A stretch of 64,000 bases of DNA from NCBI GenBank assembly GCA_947629705.1, contig CANREN010000002.1:15514-79513 (forward strand), given 5' to 3'. Positions within the stretch are counted from its first letter, which is position 1; each line of letters starts with the position of its first letter. This document shows positions 56,776 through 64,000 of the stretch, piece by piece. The stretch is from an uncultured Alistipes sp. GTDB lineage: Bacteria; Bacteroidota; Bacteroidia; Bacteroidales; Rikenellaceae. Position numbers and translations under genes: made by a program. Under the pieces are notes generated by a model. It worked only from the letters and a program-made list of their open reading frames with translations. It was not told the DNA's origin and made no database searches.

Positions 56776-56829
56776 TCGGGGTCGGCGCGAACGGTGCGGC
56801 CTTTCGCCGCCCGCAGCCGGATCGTTCGG

Positions 56830-59100
56830 TCATCGGCGGTCATCGGGCAGCCGGCGGCGTTCGCCGCCGATCGCGATTTCGACCGGTTCGCCTTCGTTCC
56901 GCACCTCGACGCCGTCGTGCGTTACGGTAACGGTCAATATCCGGCCGCGGTAATCGACGCGGAAGGCGAGCGACCGCCACGCTTCGGGCAGATGGGGCGT
57001 GAAGTTCAACACGCCGTCGGCCATCCGCATACCGCCGAAGCCCTCGACCACGGCCAACCACGAACCGGCCATCGAGGTAACGTGGCACCCCTCCTCGACC
57101 TCGCGGTTGTAATCGTCCAGATCGAGGCGCGCGGTGCGCAGATAGAGTTCGTAGGCCTTGGCCGCATCGCCGATCTTCGCGGCGAGAATGGCATGAACGC
57201 AAGGCGACAGCGACGATTCGTGCACCGTGCGGGCCTCGTAGAAGCGGAAGTTGCGGCGGATGGTCTCCTCGTCGAACTGCTCCTGGAAAAGATAGATGCC
57301 TTGCAGCACGTCGGCCTGCTTGATGAAGCACGAACGCAGGATGCGATCCCACGACCACTTCCGGTTGAGGGGCCGCTCCGCCGGATCGAGTTCGTTGACT
57401 AACACCTGTTCCTTGTCCAAATAGCCGTCCTGCTGGAGGAAGATGCCGCGTTCGCGGTCTTCGCCCAAATACATTTTGTCGACAATCTCCGTCCAGCGGG
57501 CCGTTTCGGCCGATTCGTCGAAATGCCGCTTCGCGCAGATGCGGGCATACGCCTCGGGGCGGTTCTCCCGCACCCAAGCCGCCGCCTCGGCCGCATAACG
57601 CATACACCAGCAAGCGATATAGGAGGTGTACCAGTTGTTGTCGACGTTGTTTTCGTACTCGTTGGGACCCGTAACGCCCAACAACACATACTGCTGCCGC
57701 GCCTCCGACCAGGTGATGCGCTGCGCCCAGAACCGCGCGATGGACAGCAAGACCTCCAACCCGCCCTCGGCCAAATAGGCCCGGTCGCCGGTATAACGGA
57801 TATAGTTGAAAACGGCATAGGCGATGGCCCCGTTGCGGTGAATCTCCTCGAAGGTGATTTCCCACTCGTTGTGGCACTCCTCACCGTTGACGGTTACCAT
57901 CGGATAGAGGGCCGCACCCTCCTTGAAGCCCAATTTCGCGGCATTTTCGATCGCCTTGTCCAGCTGGTTGCAGCGATAGACGAGCAGTTCGCGGGCGACC
58001 TCCTGTCCGGCGGTCGAAAGATAGAACGGCAGGCAATAGGCCTCCGTGTCCCAATAGGTTACACCGCCGTATTTTTCGCCCGTGAATCCCTTGGGGCCGA
58101 TATTCAGACGGGGGTCGACGCCCGTATAGGTTTGCAGCAGCATGAAGATGCAGAAACGGATGCCCTGCTGTGCCGCATCATCGCCGTCGATCACGACATC
58201 ACAACGGTGCCAGCGGGCGGCCCAAGCCTCCTCCTGCTCTTTGACCAGCGCATCGAAACCGGCCTGCAATCCGTCGGCCGCCACCGCCTGCGCCGCAGCC
58301 AGCAACTCCTCGGGCCGATGGTTCAACGACGAGCAGATGCCCGTATATTTATATAAAGTAGCGGTCGTCCCCCTGTCGCGATGCACGGTCGCCGTCCGAC
58401 GCGGTTTTTCGGGCAGGGTCTCGCAGACGAAAGGCGCCCCGTCCCATGCGACGGCCTGCGCCCAAGCGACCTCGAAGCCGCTTTTCCGGGTACGGCTCTG
58501 CGTGGCATCCGCTTCGGTGCGCACCGGTTCCCAGAACTTTTCGTCGTAGTTGGCGTCGGAGTTCCGCACGTCGGCGTCGATATAGGGCGAGAAGGTGATT
58601 TCGGCATCCCGATTCACGGGCGTAACGCTGTAACGGATCACCCCTAACTCACGACGGGCCAGCGAGAGGAACCGCACGGCCTCGACCTCCACTTCGGCGC
58701 CGTTCTTCAAGACAACGGTCATCCGGCGCGTCAACACCGAACGGCGCATGTCCATTTCACGATAGAACCGCTTCACCTTGCACTGCGCCAGGTCGAGTTC
58801 CTCGCCGTCGACACGCACGTCGACCCCGATCCAGAAAGCGGCGTTCAACACCTTGGCGAAGTATTCGGGATAACCGTTCTTCCACCACCCCACGCGGGTT
58901 TTGTCGGGATAGTAGACGCCGCCGATGTAATTGCCCTGCAACGAAGGGCCCGAATAGCGCTCCTCGAAGTTGGCGCGGCCGCCCATCACGCCGTTGCCCA
59001 ACGCGAAGAGCGATTCGGACGACTTCACGCGCGAAGGGTCGAAGTCGTTCTCGGTCAACAGCCACGGGTCGATGCCAAGATTCAATCGATTGCTTTGCAT
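56830..59100 (-). CDS. Glycoside hydrolase family 65 phosphorylase (maltose/kojibiose/trehalose phosphorylase type)
   Basis: The start is set at MQSNRLNLGIDPWLL (ATG 59100), giving about 756 aa. The conserved GH65 segment TGPNEYENNVDNNWYT is present, and a beta-phosphoglucomutase gene lies immediately upstream. Confidence 0.85.
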   Translation of the reverse strand: MQSNRLNLGIDPWLLTENDFDPSRVKSSESLFALGNGVMGGRANFEERYSGPSLQGNYIGGVYYPDKTRVGWWKNGYPEYFAKVLNAAFWIGVDVRVDGEELDLAQCKVKRFYREMDMRRSVLTRRMTVVLKNGAEVEVEAVRFLSLARRELGVIRYSVTPVNRDAEITFSPYIDADVRNSDANYDEKFWEPVRTEADATQSRTRKSGFEVAWAQAVAWDGAPFVCETLPEKPRRTATVHRDRGTTATLYKYTGICSSLNHRPEELLAAAQAVAADGLQAGFDALVKEQEEAWAARWHRCDVVIDGDDAAQQGIRFCIFMLLQTYTGVDPRLNIGPKGFTGEKYGGVTYWDTEAYCLPFYLSTAGQEVARELLVYRCNQLDKAIENAAKLGFKEGAALYPMVTVNGEECHNEWEITFEEIHRNGAIAYAVFNYIRYTGDRAYLAEGGLEVLLSIARFWAQRITWSEARQQYVLLGVTGPNEYENNVDNNWYTSYIACWCMRYAAEAAAWVRENRPEAYARICAKRHFDESAETARWTEIVDKMYLGEDRERGIFLQQDGYLDKEQVLVNELDPAERPLNRKWSWDRILRSCFIKQADVLQGIYLFQEQFDEETIRRNFRFYEARTVHESSLSPCVHAILAAKIGDAAKAYELYLRTARLDLDDYNREVEEGCHVTSMAGSWLAVVEGFGGMRMADGVLNFTPHLPEAWRSLAFRVDYRGRILTVTVTHDGVEVRNEGEPVEIAIGGERRRLPDDRR

Positions 59101-59759
59101 AATGCTTCGTATGTGAAATTTTCGAATGTCGTGATTCCCGTCGTCGCATGGGCGAGCGACCGATCGCCGCCGACGCCCACCGACCGCATACCGGCCCGCG
59201 CCGCCGCTTCGATGCCCGCCGCCGCATCCTCGAAGACGACGCACGCTTCGGGGGCCATGTGCAGCAATTCCGCCCCTTTTAAGAAGACTTCGGGATCGGG
59301 TTTGGCCCGCGAAACGAGCGTGCCGTCGACGATGGCGTCGAAAACGTCGCGCAAAGCGCACCGGTCGAGAATCGTTCCGGCATTCTTCGATGCCGATCCG
59401 AGGGCGATCCTGACCCCGTGCCGTTTCAGATCGGCCAAAAAACCGCGCACGCCGGGCAGCACGTCGTCGGGCGTCATGGTCGAGACATAACCCAGATAGC
59501 GGGCATTCTTTTCGGCCGCCAAACGCTCTTTCTCCTCCTGCGAGAAGCGGTTCTCCAAGCCGCCGGCCCGCAGCACGATGCCGAGCGAAGCCACCCGGCT
59601 CACGCCTTTGGTCGCTTCTCCCTGCTCGGGCGTGAGCTCGAAGCCGAGTTCGTGCGCCAGGCCGGCCCACGCCCGATAGTGGAAGCGTGCGGTGTCGACC
59701 AGCACGCCGTCTAAATCGAATAGGCAACAAGCAATCATCTTATTCCTGTTATCATTCAT
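59082..59759 (-). CDS. pgmB: Beta-phosphoglucomutase (HAD superfamily)
   Basis: HAD motif I is CLFDLDGVLVDT. The gene is about 220 aa and is paired with GH65. Its stop overlaps the GH65 start region by 19 nt. Confidence 0.85.
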   Translation of the reverse strand: MNDNRNKMIACCLFDLDGVLVDTARFHYRAWAGLAHELGFELTPEQGEATKGVSRVASLGIVLRAGGLENRFSQEEKERLAAEKNARYLGYVSTMTPDDVLPGVRGFLADLKRHGVRIALGSASKNAGTILDRCALRDVFDAIVDGTLVSRAKPDPEVFLKGAELLHMAPEACVVFEDAAAGIEAAARAGMRSVGVGGDRSLAHATTGITTFENFTYEALCKAID

Positions 59760-59774
59760 GTACCAAACGTTTTT

Positions 59775-59835
59775 CGGCCCTGTTTTTCAAATCCGTGCGG
59801 CAAGGAACAGCGGTCGGATTTGAAAAACAGGGCCG
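59775..59835 (-). terminator. Hairpin terminator downstream of rpoC
   Basis: 21-nt arms cggccctgtttttcaaatccg / cggatttgaaaaacagggccg with a 19-nt loop, 32 nt after the rpoC stop. Confidence 0.65.
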
Positions 59836-59866
59836 AAAACGGGATACAGCAAAGTATCTGATCGCG

Positions 59867-64000
<4,134 letters not shown>

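Noticed and set aside
56830-59730. 966-aa minus-strand ORF in the track.
   Set aside because: The N-terminal 210 residues are Arg/Gly-rich and overlap the pgmB frame. GH65 similarity begins at MQSNRLNLGIDPW (ATG 59100).

Overview
This is a GC-rich chromosomal segment with Bacteroidota-type organisation. TAnnTTTG -7 promoter boxes precede many genes, operons are tightly packed, and lipoprotein and TPR genes are common. I infer a Rikenellaceae/Alistipes-like organism from composition and gene content, but this is not verified. Most of the window is housekeeping: sdhAB, rny, zapA, rimO, ftsY, tRNA-Ser, bamD, coaBC, recN, ogt, DPP-IV, acpP-fabF-rnc, radC, glyQS, ruvX, def, yebC, cysQ, rplU-rpmA, a PadR/PspC envelope-stress cluster, a large TPR protein plus a porin, GH65 plus beta-phosphoglucomutase, and a 5'-truncated rpoC. 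One accessory block is a five-gene secreted glycoside-hydrolase operon (GH105, unknown 1071 aa, GH106-like, GH105, GH2; 10878-22325). It lies next to an AT-rich islet carrying a membrane acyltransferase beside tRNA-Ser. I found no classical mobile element, CRISPR array or recognisable defence system. The most unusual items follow. (1) A translationally coupled three-gene operon whose products look like degenerate versions of a receiver domain, a HEAT-like membrane protein and a GT2 glycosyltransferase (41855-44105). (2) A structured repeat of about 90 nt present twice in inverted orientation (9350-9440 and 30225-30319). (3) A 48-bp tandem array (22389-22641). (4) G9 tracts inside and upstream of the acyltransferase gene. 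(5) A promoter-proximal module (box, conserved sequence, hairpin, T-run) present three times. (6) An octanucleotide microsatellite abutting the zapA stop codon. All functional calls rest on motifs read by eye from the translations; no database search was run. Many long ORFs in the track are antisense or out-of-frame shadow ORFs typical of GC-rich DNA and were not called.
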